Below are positions 1 through 8,681 of a stretch of DNA of 64,000 nt, piece after piece (the first letter of the stretch is position 1; each line of letters starts with the position of its first letter). Source of the DNA: Candidatus Omnitrophota bacterium. Its GTDB lineage: Bacteria > Omnitrophota > Gorgyraeia > 2-01-FULL-45-10. The stretch spans positions 6,485-70,484 of the forward strand of contig JAQUQN010000002.1 of NCBI GenBank assembly GCA_028716065.1. Reading direction: 5' to 3'. The translations under genes and the position numbers were made by a program. The notes below the pieces were generated by a model, which saw only the letters and a list, made by a program, of their open reading frames with translations, ran no database searches and was not told the DNA's origin.

Positions 1-1
1 C

Positions 2-721
2 GGAAAGAATTTCACTGAAATCCCCATAAACAAAAAGCACCTTTCGAAAGTCAAGATAGCCTCGGAGATCGCCTCCTGCGACAGCCTGATCGTCCTAAGC
101 CATGTCACGGCTCACATGCAGACCGGCCTGGCCGGGGCCATAAAAAACGTAGGGATGGGATGCGCCGCCAGGCGCGGTAAATATGAACAGCACTCGGGTG
201 CGGTACCAGATATAGATTTAAGTTTTTGCGTGGGCTGCGGATTGTGTTCGCAGGATTGTCCCGCTTCCTGCATTGAAATGAAAAAGGAGCGGCCCGTACT
301 TCATAAAGACTCCTGCATAGGATGCGGGGAGTGCGCGGTTGTATGCAGGACCAAGGCCATAAGTATAAAATGGAGCGAAACACTTGAAAATCTACAGGAG
401 AAGATGGTAGAATATGCCTGCGGCGTAACGAAGGCTTTGAGCGGGAGGATCGCATATATAAACTTTGTCCTGAACGTCACTAAAAACTGCGATTGCATGG
501 CCCAGGACGAACCTCGGATAGCCGATGATATAGGCATCCTGGCATCGTATGATCCCGTAAGCCTGGATAAATCGTCGGCCGACCTGCTCAACGCCTCCTG
601 TAGAGGCGATGTGCTGCGTAAAACTTATAAAGAGATAGACTGGACCTCGCAACTGCGTTATGCCGAAGAAGCCGGATTGGGCGCGATGGATTACAACCTC
701 AAGAAAGTGGAGTATGTTTAA
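2..721 (+). CDS. DUF362 domain protein with two 4Fe-4S ferredoxin-type motifs (5' end cut by window edge)
   Basis: Frame is open from nt 2 into listed ORF 116-721. It carries CVGCGLCSQDCP and CIGCGECAVVC cluster motifs and a DUF362-like core (HMQTGLAGAIKNVGMG). Confidence 0.7.
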   Translation, partial: GKNFTEIPINKKHLSKVKIASEIASCDSLIVLSHVTAHMQTGLAGAIKNVGMGCAARRGKYEQHSGAVPDIDLSFCVGCGLCSQDCPASCIEMKKERPVLHKDSCIGCGECAVVCRTKAISIKWSETLENLQEKMVEYACGVTKALSGRIAYINFVLNVTKNCDCMAQDEPRIADDIGILASYDPVSLDKSSADLLNASCRGDVLRKTYKEIDWTSQLRYAEEAGLGAMDYNLKKVEYV

Positions 722-1064
722 AGATTCGTGCTTATTCTGCAAAATAGCCAAAAAGGAGATACCCTCGCGCATAGTATTTGAAGACGACGAGGTCACCGCG
801 TTTGAAGATATAAAACCGCAGGCGCCGGTCCATATAGTAATAATCCCGAAGATGCATATCGAAAGATTATCCGATATCGACATTAAAGACGGCGCTATCA
901 TGAGCAAACTGATCCTTACGGCAAAAGATATGGCTGAGAAAAGAGGCGTCAGCGAATCCGGCTACAGAGTCGTTATAAATTGTAATAGAGACGGCGGGCA
1001 GGAGATATTTCATCTACATGCACATCTTCTTGGGGGCAGGCCCTTGGCCTGGCCGCCGGGATAA
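714..1064 (+). CDS. HIT (histidine triad) family protein
   Basis: HxHxHxx motif HLHAHLLGG. Start moved to ATG 714 (MFKDSCLFCKI) because the 660 start overlaps the upstream gene by 62 nt. Confidence 0.85.
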   Translation: MFKDSCLFCKIAKKEIPSRIVFEDDEVTAFEDIKPQAPVHIVIIPKMHIERLSDIDIKDGAIMSKLILTAKDMAEKRGVSESGYRVVINCNRDGGQEIFHLHAHLLGGRPLAWPPG

Positions 1065-1137
1065 ACCCCTCGACGCATCCCCGGCCTGAAAGGCCGGGCT
1101 ATTTGCTCGGGGTAATCCTGAGCGGCGCTTCCTTATA

Positions 1138-1162
1138 TGCGGCCTAAAGGCCGCAGTTTTGG
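1138..1162 (+). terminator. GC-rich hairpin with short U-tail after the HIT gene
   Basis: TGCGGCC-TAAA-GGCCGCA then GTTTTGG. A near-identical hairpin (CCCGGCC-TGAAA-GGCCGGG) sits at 1080-1098. Confidence 0.4.
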
Positions 1163-1195
1163 CGCCGTCGAAGGATAAAAAGGAGAAACAGTTTT

Positions 1196-1564
1196 ATGGT
1201 CCCAACAGAAAGAAGATCTTTCCCCAGAATAGCGGATAGCGGACTATCTCTCAAGCTCCATTCCGGCGATTTCGACGCGATAACGCATACGTTGAACATA
1301 AGCGCGTCCGGCATCTATTGCAAGCTTGATAAGGAGATACCTCTCATGTCGCGGGTAAATCTTGTGCTTATGCTTCCGGATAGCCCCAAAAATGAGGATG
1401 CGCCGAAAAAAATTGAAGTTAGCGGAGTCGTCGTAAGGGAGCACCCGGTCATAATAGACGGGAAGACCAAGCATTTTGATGTGGCGATATTCTTCGAAGA
1501 CTTATCGCAAAAACAGAGAGATATGATATCCGGCTATATCTCAAGGAAGATCTCTAAACGCTAA
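1196..1564 (+). CDS. PilZ domain protein (c-di-GMP receptor type)
   Basis: RxxxR motif (ERRSFPR) and D/NxSxxG motif (NISASG). Confidence 0.8.
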   Translation: MVPTERRSFPRIADSGLSLKLHSGDFDAITHTLNISASGIYCKLDKEIPLMSRVNLVLMLPDSPKNEDAPKKIEVSGVVVREHPVIIDGKTKHFDVAIFFEDLSQKQRDMISGYISRKISKR

Positions 1565-1611
1565 GCTTCTCATCATATATTTACCCCTTAACCAGAAAGA
1601 GGAAATAAAAG

Positions 1612-2100
1612 ATGTTGCTCATAATGGAGTTGTTTTTAATAGCCCTCTTGGGGATGATAGTCTTCCTTCTCATAAAGAATCAGAAGATCAATTCAAAAAA
1701 GACCGTCCCGCACGCGAAGCTTGAAGAATACTGGGATGGCAAGGAACGAAGGCGCCACTTCCGGTTCCATAAAGAACTAGTATTAGAATATAAATTACTA
1801 AAAAATCCTCATTCGAACAAAAATTGCAGGACCATAAATATATCCGAAGGAGGCCTTAAGCTATACCTTGACGATAAATTGCTCAAAGGGACCATCATGC
1901 AGATAGAGATCGAGATCCCGGAGGCCAAGCTGCATGGTGAGATAGAGGGTGAGGTCGTTTGGACCGAAGATGCCGATTCGAAAGATGGTTCGGGCAAGAG
2001 ATTTTTTTACTCCGGGATAAAATTTTTAAGAATTGAAGAGCCATTTAGGACAAAGCTCGGTAATTACATACGTTCGCTCGTATCAGGGACCAGGAGTTAA
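1612..2100 (+). CDS. Membrane-anchored PilZ domain protein
   Basis: N-terminal hydrophobic helix, then KERRRHFRF and NISEGG PilZ motifs. Confidence 0.8.
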   Translation: MLLIMELFLIALLGMIVFLLIKNQKINSKKTVPHAKLEEYWDGKERRRHFRFHKELVLEYKLLKNPHSNKNCRTINISEGGLKLYLDDKLLKGTIMQIEIEIPEAKLHGEIEGEVVWTEDADSKDGSGKRFFYSGIKFLRIEEPFRTKLGNYIRSLVSGTRS

Positions 2101-2107
2101 ATCTATC

Positions 2108-2638
2108 ATGGGGACAGCCCATATCCCGTCAAAGGTCAAGTTGTTTACGGGGCTGATCTACGGCGATGAGGAGATCCTTCAAGAAGTAAAGACGGCCCTC
2201 GAGTCAAAATTCAGGAATAGCATAGCTTACGAGAGCGCTCCGCTTGAATTTACATATACGAACTACTACAATGAAGAGATGGGAGGCAATCTCAAAAGGA
2301 GATTTATTAGCTTTAAAGACCACGTGCCCCTCGAGGATATTTATAAGAAAAAGATAGGGGCGAACAACGTTGAGAGGGCATTTTCTGAATCGGGTAGGAG
2401 AAGGGTTAATATCGACCCGGGTTATATCGACCTGGCGAAACTGGTCCTCTTTTCCACGAAGGATTATTCTCACCGCATATATCTTGCAGATGGTATATAC
2501 GCTGAGATTACCCTTATATATAAAGACAGGCATTTTAATCACATGGGATGGACTTATCCTGACTATAAAAGCAGCGCTTACCTAAAAATATTCAACGATA
2601 TTCGCAAAAATTATAAAAGAGAACTTACCGATGCCTAA
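2108..2638 (+). CDS. DUF4416-like conserved hypothetical protein
   Basis: Start taken at ATG 2108 (MGTAHIPSKVKLFTGLIY). Family assignment is from memory of DUF4416 N-termini and was not searched. Confidence 0.45.
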   Translation: MGTAHIPSKVKLFTGLIYGDEEILQEVKTALESKFRNSIAYESAPLEFTYTNYYNEEMGGNLKRRFISFKDHVPLEDIYKKKIGANNVERAFSESGRRRVNIDPGYIDLAKLVLFSTKDYSHRIYLADGIYAEITLIYKDRHFNHMGWTYPDYKSSAYLKIFNDIRKNYKRELTDA

Positions 2639-3218
2639 GATAATAATAAAACAAAAAAGCCTTATCGTAGCCATGGTTTCAAGCTTCGTAATATTGCTCG
2701 TCCTGGTATTCACGCTCCTGGGATATCTCATATATATCGAATTGAGCGGGGAAGATTTCAAAAGAACCTACGAGGAGATGCTGAGAAAAGTCAACGCCAG
2801 GGTCTATTCAGGCAACATAGACATACAAAGGTTGACGGCCAAAATAGAGAAGACGGGCCCGCTTAAGGGAAAACCTATAATAGAAGGAGAGCTGAAGAAC
2901 AAGGGGCCTAAAGAGATCAGCGACATCCTGATAAAGGTCAAATTTCTGGATAAGGATGGTGCCATCATATACGAGACAGTCTTTCATCCACAGGAACCCT
3001 CCCTGGGAACATCCGGTCTTGGCTCCGTCAGCATTCCCTATTTTTCCGGATCCAGCCGGCTTACCTTAAAAACCGGCGGGTCGTTTCCGTTCAAAAGAGT
3101 ACTCAACAATTGTCCCGGAGAGATCATGGAAACGCTGCAAGATACTTCCGGATACGCTAAGGGCGCACCCAGGTGGTCCGGCAAGCTTACGTTTGAAGTT
3201 TCTGCTATAGCCTTCTGA
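2631..3218 (+). CDS. Membrane-anchored hypothetical protein
   Basis: Long ORF with an 8-nt overlap to the upstream gene. One N-terminal TM helix (IVAMVSSFVILLVLVFTLLGYLIYI). No recognisable motif. Confidence 0.5.
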   Translation: MPKIIIKQKSLIVAMVSSFVILLVLVFTLLGYLIYIELSGEDFKRTYEEMLRKVNARVYSGNIDIQRLTAKIEKTGPLKGKPIIEGELKNKGPKEISDILIKVKFLDKDGAIIYETVFHPQEPSLGTSGLGSVSIPYFSGSSRLTLKTGGSFPFKRVLNNCPGEIMETLQDTSGYAKGAPRWSGKLTFEVSAIAF

Positions 3219-3261
3219 GTTTTTCAACAATCTTAACAAAAGAAAGGATGCGAACCGAACG

Positions 3262-4941
3262 GTGAGAAGGTTTTATGTTTTTCTAATATCGATCTTCATA
3301 ACATGCGTATTGATATTCATAGGCTCGTTCATCTATCTGGATAAACAAAGCCGCAAAACTTTTTATTATACGATAAGCCTGGAAGGTCACGATGTGGGCA
3401 CTGCAAAGATAGACAGGTATGGAACGGCGGATAAGCTGATTTATAAGTGCGCGGCCAGTGAACCGTTAGCTCCTGTATATCCCGACACCAAGTTTAAGAT
3501 GGTACTCGACAGACATTATAATTTTGAATATTACTCAAAGGAAAGAAGCGGTGCGGGCGCATACGAAAATACATATGTGGAAAACACCAGAAACGGTATA
3601 TCGTTCGTATCGAACCTTCAATCCAGTTTCATCTGCATCAGTGACATACAGGCACGAAGAGGGGCTTTCGTTTTTGAGGAAGACGCGCCCATCACATATC
3701 TGCCCATGATAGAGAACTACGATTTCAGGAAAGGGCGTTCTCAAGGGTTCAATTCGCTCGTCTTATTTTCGAACGCTCTTCCTCCAATGAAGAGATTCGT
3801 CACGTTTACCTCCGTAAGAGACGAATACGTAAAAGTTGGCTCCAGAAAGATTAAGACAGAATGCCTATTAGTAAAGATACGCAATTTTCCCCAGGCCACC
3901 ATATGGGTATCCAAACAGGATAAAAGCCTGGTCATGCTGGAGATACCGAATAAAAAGCTCAAGATCACCAGAACGTTCAAGCCACCCGTCATAAAACCGG
4001 AGGAATACGTCCTGGCAAGCGAGGAGTACATTTCGAAAGATATTGTTATAAAAGGCAAGTCCGTCCAATTGGCCGGGACGCTTGCCCTACCCAAAGGGCC
4101 TGGTCCCTTTCCCGCGATCCTTCTGGTTCCCGGCACGGCTCCCTGTGACCGTAATTATTTAGGGCTTTTCTACTCGATATCCGACTATCTGGCCAAAAAG
4201 GGATATTGCGTGCTGAGATATGACAAGCGCGGAACGGGCGAAAGCACCGGCTCCCTTGAATCATCCACCGGCAACGATGAGATAGAAGACGCCGGGAACG
4301 CCCTGGAATACCTTGCAAGCCAAAAAGAGGTGGATCCCGGCAGAATGGCCGTAATAGCATATGGCCGCGGGTCATTTTTCGCGATTAAGGCATCATCCGA
4401 AAAATCCGGTGTAAGGACGCTGGTTTTAATATCGCCTTCTTTCGATTTCGGCATAGACCTGAACAGGGATTTTGAGAAGTTGAAAGCCATGGCTGCTAAA
4501 TTCGGCTGGAGCGAAGATTACCTAAAGACGGCTCAGAGGTCTGTGACAGAAACCCTCGATAAGGTCAAAAAAACGAAACATGACTATATTTCGGTCCTAA
4601 GAAGCAGGTGTTTTGCCAAGAGGATGAGACAGGGGGCCGAATACAGGCCTTTGGAGGCCGTCAAGAAGATCGAAATTCCGGTATTGGTATTGCAGGGCAA
4701 GGCGGATTTGACAGATAAGGCCGACACAGCCTCAGTTATAGATAAGACCCTTGAGGAATCCGGCAATAAACGCCATACCCTGACCTACTTTTCATACCTT
4801 GACGCCTTTCTGGGTAAGTGGGTCAACGACGGCATCCACAAAATGCATTATGAGGGTGACGCGGCAGTGCTGGATACGATAGGGTGCTGGTTGCAGGATA
4901 ATATGGTATTATTTTCCAGCGAAGATACCGTCCAAAAATAG
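3262..4941 (+). CDS. N-terminally anchored alpha/beta-hydrolase fold protein
   Basis: GTG start and a TM helix. The C-terminal ~280 aa has hydrolase-fold hallmarks (PAILLVPG, YDKRGTGES). The nucleophile elbow AYGRGSFF is not a canonical GxSxG. Confidence 0.6.
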   Translation: MRRFYVFLISIFITCVLIFIGSFIYLDKQSRKTFYYTISLEGHDVGTAKIDRYGTADKLIYKCAASEPLAPVYPDTKFKMVLDRHYNFEYYSKERSGAGAYENTYVENTRNGISFVSNLQSSFICISDIQARRGAFVFEEDAPITYLPMIENYDFRKGRSQGFNSLVLFSNALPPMKRFVTFTSVRDEYVKVGSRKIKTECLLVKIRNFPQATIWVSKQDKSLVMLEIPNKKLKITRTFKPPVIKPEEYVLASEEYISKDIVIKGKSVQLAGTLALPKGPGPFPAILLVPGTAPCDRNYLGLFYSISDYLAKKGYCVLRYDKRGTGESTGSLESSTGNDEIEDAGNALEYLASQKEVDPGRMAVIAYGRGSFFAIKASSEKSGVRTLVLISPSFDFGIDLNRDFEKLKAMAAKFGWSEDYLKTAQRSVTETLDKVKKTKHDYISVLRSRCFAKRMRQGAEYRPLEAVKKIEIPVLVLQGKADLTDKADTASVIDKTLEESGNKRHTLTYFSYLDAFLGKWVNDGIHKMHYEGDAAVLDTIGCWLQDNMVLFSSEDTVQK

Positions 4942-4943
4942 AT

Positions 4944-4972
4944 TTGACATTAGAATTAAGATATGATATACT
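4944..4972 (+). promoter_or_regulatory. Sigma70-type promoter (TTGACA-N17-TATACT, TGn)
   Basis: Exact -35, 17-nt spacer, extended -10 TGa. About 30 nt upstream of the TIGR04073 gene. Confidence 0.6.
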
Positions 4973-5002
4973 TCATAAAAAATGGAGGGGGTGAGAAAAT
5001 AG

Positions 5003-5383
5003 ATGAACATGTTTAAAATCGGAATGATCTTTTTATTAGTATTATCAATAGGCGCAGTAGCATACGCCGATAGCGCGAACGTCACGCCCGATACCAAAGG
5101 CACGGCAACGCAGACTGGATCTAGAGGGGCTGGTATAAAAGCGGAAAGAGGGGTAAAAAATATCCTCTTCGGATGGACAGAGATACCCAAGTCTATCATA
5201 CAGGTATCAAGAGATACGAAAAACCCGATCTGGGGTATTACCGCTGGAACTTTCAAAGGTGTAGGCAAGGCATTCCCCAGAACCGTTTCGGGTATAGCCG
5301 ATGTGGCAACGTTTCCTTTAGCAGCAGGGGATTACAACAAGCCGCTCGTAAAACCTGATGAGTTAAACACCCAGGTTCAGTAA
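5003..5383 (+). CDS. Exosortase-system-associated protein, TIGR04073-like
   Basis: Signal peptide plus the family pattern RGVKNILFGWTEIPKSI...GITAGTFKGVGKAFPRTVSGIADVATFP. Confidence 0.65.
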   Translation: MNMFKIGMIFLLVLSIGAVAYADSANVTPDTKGTATQTGSRGAGIKAERGVKNILFGWTEIPKSIIQVSRDTKNPIWGITAGTFKGVGKAFPRTVSGIADVATFPLAAGDYNKPLVKPDELNTQVQ

Positions 5384-5404
5384 AGAGATTTGTGAAATAA
5401 AAAA

Positions 5405-5437
5405 AGGGCTATTTTCCAAAAATAGCCCTTTTTTTAT
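5405..5437 (+). terminator. Intrinsic terminator
   Basis: AGGGCTATTT-tccaa-AAATAGCCCT followed by TTTTTTT. Confidence 0.8.
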
Positions 5438-5458
5438 TTAGCTACATATAATAATATA

Positions 5459-5487
5459 TTGACGCAAGACCAACTATATGTTATATT
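5459..5487 (+). promoter_or_regulatory. Sigma70-type promoter (TTGACG-N17-TATATT, TGn)
   Basis: Upstream of the PilZ gene at 5512. Confidence 0.55.
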
Positions 5488-5511
5488 TCTAATGCAAATA
5501 GGGAGAGACGC

Positions 5512-5907
5512 GTGGTAAAGATAAAGAACGTCCTGGCCGAGAGAAGAAGATATATAAGGCTCCAGACCCCCATCACGATCAGTTTTGCCGTACCGGAAAC
5601 CGGTAAAGTTTACACTACATCCGTGAAAAATATATCCGCTGACGGCTTAAGGTTCGAAACACGCGATAAACACCTTAAAGAATCCAGCGAGATTGAATTT
5701 AAACTGGATATTTCGGCAGCCACCAACCCCGTTCATGCCAAGGGCAGGGTAGTATGGAAGAAAAAGTTGAGCCTTGAAGATGCGGCGCCATTTGATGTCG
5801 GCATAGAGTTCATCGAGATAGAGAACGACAATAAAAACACGTTCCTGAAGTTCCTCTGCGATCTCATATATAATATTGTAAAGGAGAAGAAGCATCCTAA
5901 TGAGTAG
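5512..5907 (+). CDS. PilZ domain protein
   Basis: GTG start. ERRRYIRL and NISADG motifs. Confidence 0.8.
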   Translation: MVKIKNVLAERRRYIRLQTPITISFAVPETGKVYTTSVKNISADGLRFETRDKHLKESSEIEFKLDISAATNPVHAKGRVVWKKKLSLEDAAPFDVGIEFIEIENDNKNTFLKFLCDLIYNIVKEKKHPNE

Positions 5908-6244
5908 TCCAAATACCCTCAAAGCCTCTCTTTTGCTGCTTACCCTGGCAATCATGCTGACAGGATGTGCCGGCATAGAGCCGCCCACTACGGACGAAGT
6001 CATGAAAGAACCTCTCGGAAAGGGCTCTCTAAGGGTCGGTATGAGCAAGGAGCAGGTCATATCGATATGGGGTAAGCCGGACGAGATACAAACAAATATG
6101 GAAGACAAGAAAAGGTGGAAGGGAACCAGAGAAGTATGGATATATCATGCGCAGCTGGCTGCGATACCGGTTGACGCCGATTATTTATCTCAGACCAAAA
6201 AACTATATTTCGATGGTAATAACCTGACAAATATCGGAGGATAG
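5900..6244 (+). CDS. Lipoprotein, BamE/SmpA-OmlA-like
   Basis: Lipobox LTGC, and a GMSKEQVISIWGKPDEI segment typical of SmpA/OmlA domains. Confidence 0.55.
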   Translation: MSSPNTLKASLLLLTLAIMLTGCAGIEPPTTDEVMKEPLGKGSLRVGMSKEQVISIWGKPDEIQTNMEDKKRWKGTREVWIYHAQLAAIPVDADYLSQTKKLYFDGNNLTNIGG

Positions 6245-6253
6245 TCGCCCAAG

Positions 6254-6601
6254 ATGTTAAGACTTATGTGCAAGTCAAAGATACATAGAGCTAAAATCAC
6301 AAAGATAGACCTTCACTATGAGGGGAGTATCGGCATAGATAAAAACCTGCTCAAGACCAGTGACATATATCCCAATGAAATCGTTCAAGTCGTAAATATT
6401 AACAATGGAGCCCGTTTTGAGACATACGCCATAGAAGAACCTTCGGGTTCCGGGACGATAGCGCTTTACGGAGCCGCCGCCCACTTAGGGAAAATAGGTG
6501 ATTTGATAATAATTTTTTCTTATGGCGTGTTAGATGATGAAAAATCAAGAAATCTTAAGATGAAAGTATTGCGGGTAGATTCCAGCAATAAACCTCTTTA
6601 A
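6254..6601 (+). CDS. panD: Aspartate 1-decarboxylase
   Basis: [16 protein letters not shown]...YEGSIGID (Gly-Ser self-cleavage site), about 115 aa. Confidence 0.9.
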   Translation: MLRLMCKSKIHRAKITKIDLHYEGSIGIDKNLLKTSDIYPNEIVQVVNINNGARFETYAIEEPSGSGTIALYGAAAHLGKIGDLIIIFSYGVLDDEKSRNLKMKVLRVDSSNKPL

Positions 6602-6609
6602 TCCTCGCC

Positions 6610-7083
6610 ATGAATCATCTTATAATAAAGAAATTTCCGAATTCTTGCTTAAGAAAAAAAGCTGAAAAAGTTAAAAAGATAAGCTATGCAGAAAAAGAAC
6701 TACTTTCTGAGATGGCAAAGATCATGTATCTAAATGAGGGGGTGGGCCTTGCGGCGACGCAGGTGGGTATCAACTTCCAGTTGGTCGTTATAGATATTGG
6801 CCAGGGCCTAATCAAGCTCATAAATCCTGAAATAATCTCCAGAGAAGGCAAACAAACGTCTGAAGAGGGCTGTCTCAGCGTTCCTGGTACGGTGGTGAAG
6901 GTCAAGCGTGCCGAGAAGGTAAACTTAAACTTTCTTGATGAAAATGGCAACGCTTCCCGGTTACGCACCGAGGGGCTCCTGGCCCGCGTCGTACAGCACG
7001 AAATGGACCATCTTTCCGGAAAACTGATCATAGACTACCTGAATCCTATCAAAAAACTCCTAATAAAAAGAAAAAAATCTTGA
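6610..7083 (+). CDS. def: Peptide deformylase
   Basis: All three Def motifs are present: GVGLAATQVG, EGCLSVPG, QHEMDHL. Confidence 0.95.
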   Translation: MNHLIIKKFPNSCLRKKAEKVKKISYAEKELLSEMAKIMYLNEGVGLAATQVGINFQLVVIDIGQGLIKLINPEIISREGKQTSEEGCLSVPGTVVKVKRAEKVNLNFLDENGNASRLRTEGLLARVVQHEMDHLSGKLIIDYLNPIKKLLIKRKKS

Positions 7084-7108
7084 CATTTCGCTCATTATAT
7101 GGTATATT
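7080..7108 (+). promoter_or_regulatory. Sigma70-type promoter (TTGACA-N17-TATATT, TGn) for cspA with ~300-nt leader
   Basis: The -35 overlaps the def stop codon. The leader contains repeat copy A. Confidence 0.55.
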
Positions 7109-7201
7109 TAAGACATTATAAGCGAGTATTATAAGTGTCAAAAAATTTAATTAGTAGGGAATGCCATTCAAGGCTTTAAATAAGCCGCGGATGGCTTTTT
7201 T

Positions 7202-7351
7202 TATCCGCCTTCGCAATCAACGTGTAATAGGCTGGGTGCTTCGGCGGATGTCACACTGAAGCGGGTAGGCGGATACCCCCACCGCTAGATTTGCGAAGCA
7301 AATCTGGTGGGGGTAAAGAAAGGAACCACGGGCGTAAGCCCGTGGGGTTCC
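7202..7351 (+). repeat. Structured repeat element, copy A (in cspA leader)
   Basis: Has three parts. First, a TATCCGCC...GGCGGATA 8-bp clamp. Second, a 40-nt palindrome, ACCCCCACC-gct-AGATTTGC-GAA-GCAAATCT-GGTGGGGGT. Third, the hairpin GGAACCACGGGC-GTAA-GCCCGTGGGGTTCC. About 97% identical to copy B. Confidence 0.85.
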
Positions 7352-7419
7352 ATACATTCGCGGGCGTTGGCGCTGATACGCACTGCGAAGCTTCAGATGA
7401 AGGGGGGTGAACTAATTTA

Positions 7420-7623
7420 ATGGTTCAAGGAACAGTAAAATGGTTCAACGACAAAAAAGGTTACGGTTTTATCATTGCTGACACCGGTAAAGACGTTTTT
7501 GTGCATCATTCTGCCATAGAAGGCGAAGGATATAAAACTCTTAAGGAAGGCGAGAAAGTCGAATTTGAGATCGTAAAAGGCCCCAAGGGCGAACAGGCTA
7601 CTAAGGTCGTAAAAGCATCTTAA
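7420..7623 (+). CDS. Cold-shock protein (CspA family)
   Basis: 67 aa with RNP1/RNP2 motifs KGYGFI and VFVHHS. Strong RBS aaggggggtga. Confidence 0.95.
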   Translation: MVQGTVKWFNDKKGYGFIIADTGKDVFVHHSAIEGEGYKTLKEGEKVEFEIVKGPKGEQATKVVKAS

Positions 7624-7774
7624 TTCGTTCTAAAGCCGTATCTACCCGCAATAGAGTTCAGCATAGAGGTCATTTCTTAATACTCCCATGGCCAACGAGT
7701 GTGGTCATTCTATAAGCTGCCATAATGTATTAAGTTAGGGTGGAAATTATTCTCTTATTTTTCATGAGGCATTT

Positions 7775-8221
7775 ATGGAATTATATCGGAAATTAGAGTC
7801 CGACATGCGGAACGCATTAAAAAGCAAGGCCGCGATCGCGTTGTCGGTATTGCGCATGCTCATATCGGCGATCAAGACCTTTGAGATAGATAAAAAGATA
7901 AAAGAGGCTTCTGACACGGATATATTGCAGATAATACAAAGACAGATAAAACAACACAAAGAATCGATAGAACAGTTCAAGAAAGGCAACCGTGCCGATC
8001 TTGTGGAAAAAGAACTGGCGGAGTTAAAAATTTTAGAGGCCTATATGCCTGAGCAGCTTACAGAAGATGAGCTGACCGGCCTGATCAAAGAGGCATTGGC
8101 CCAGACCGGCGCCGTTACTAAATCCGACACGGGCAAGGTCATGAAGGTATTGATGGAAAAGGTAAGGGGCAGAGCCGACGGCAAGCTCGTAAATCAACTT
8201 GTGTCCAAACTCCTAAAATAG
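7775..8221 (+). CDS. GatB/YqeY domain protein
   Basis: 148 aa, YqeY-like (LxxDMxxALKxK...ELxILEAYMPEQL...TGKVMKVLM). Confidence 0.8.
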   Translation: MELYRKLESDMRNALKSKAAIALSVLRMLISAIKTFEIDKKIKEASDTDILQIIQRQIKQHKESIEQFKKGNRADLVEKELAELKILEAYMPEQLTEDELTGLIKEALAQTGAVTKSDTGKVMKVLMEKVRGRADGKLVNQLVSKLLK

Positions 8222-8238
8222 GTTCTAGAAAATTTACC

Positions 8239-8598
8239 ATGTCTACGATATCATACATATTGCTGGGTCTTATAACTGGCCTCTGCAGCGGTTTTTTAGG
8301 CTTAGGCGGGGGTTTCGTCCTTGTACCTGCCCTGGTATTCTTGTTCGGGCTTACGCAACACCAGGCGCAGGGAACCTCTTTGGCCGTAATGGTTCCACCC
8401 ATAACCCTATTAGCCGCGCTCAGGTATTACATGGGGGGCAACGTTAAGGTTGACATGGCCATTTTTATAGCTTTGGGGTTCGCCATAGGCGGTTTAATAG
8501 GGGCGGATATTGTTCAGCGCGTACCCGGGCCTCTGTTAAAGAAGATATTTGGTGTCGTACTTCTCTTTGTAGCCGTCAAAATGATAACCTCCAAATGA
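8239..8598 (+). CDS. Half-size (4-TM) TauE/SafE (TSUP) family membrane protein
   Basis: 119 aa with GxxGxGGG motif (GFLGLGGGFVLVP) and four hydrophobic segments. Confidence 0.6.
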   Translation: MSTISYILLGLITGLCSGFLGLGGGFVLVPALVFLFGLTQHQAQGTSLAVMVPPITLLAALRYYMGGNVKVDMAIFIALGFAIGGLIGADIVQRVPGPLLKKIFGVVLLFVAVKMITSK

Positions 8599-8619
8599 GA
8601 TTGCCGTCACAAGACTTTC

Positions 8620-8648
8620 TTGATTAATTACGCTATTTGGTGTATATT
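8620..8648 (+). promoter_or_regulatory. Sigma70-type promoter (TTGATT-N17-TATATT)
   Basis: Upstream of the gene at 8682. Confidence 0.5.
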
Positions 8649-8681
8649 AGTACCATAAATTCATGTTGAAAGGAGGAGAAG

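Noticed and set aside
1067-1175. c-di-GMP (GEMM-I) riboswitch upstream of a PilZ gene, since it shares CGGCCUAAA with the V. cholerae Vc2 aptamer.
   Set aside because: Apart from that 9-mer I cannot find the conserved GEMM features (ACGCACAGGGCAAACC, tetraloop-receptor arrangement). The hairpins are simple perfect stems.
7281-7314. Integron attC-like site, since GTTAGAT in copy B fits GTTRRRY.
   Set aside because: The partner core (RYYYAAC) is absent, since the sequence there is ATCTGGT. Copy A reads GCTAGAT. There is no integrase or cassette structure.
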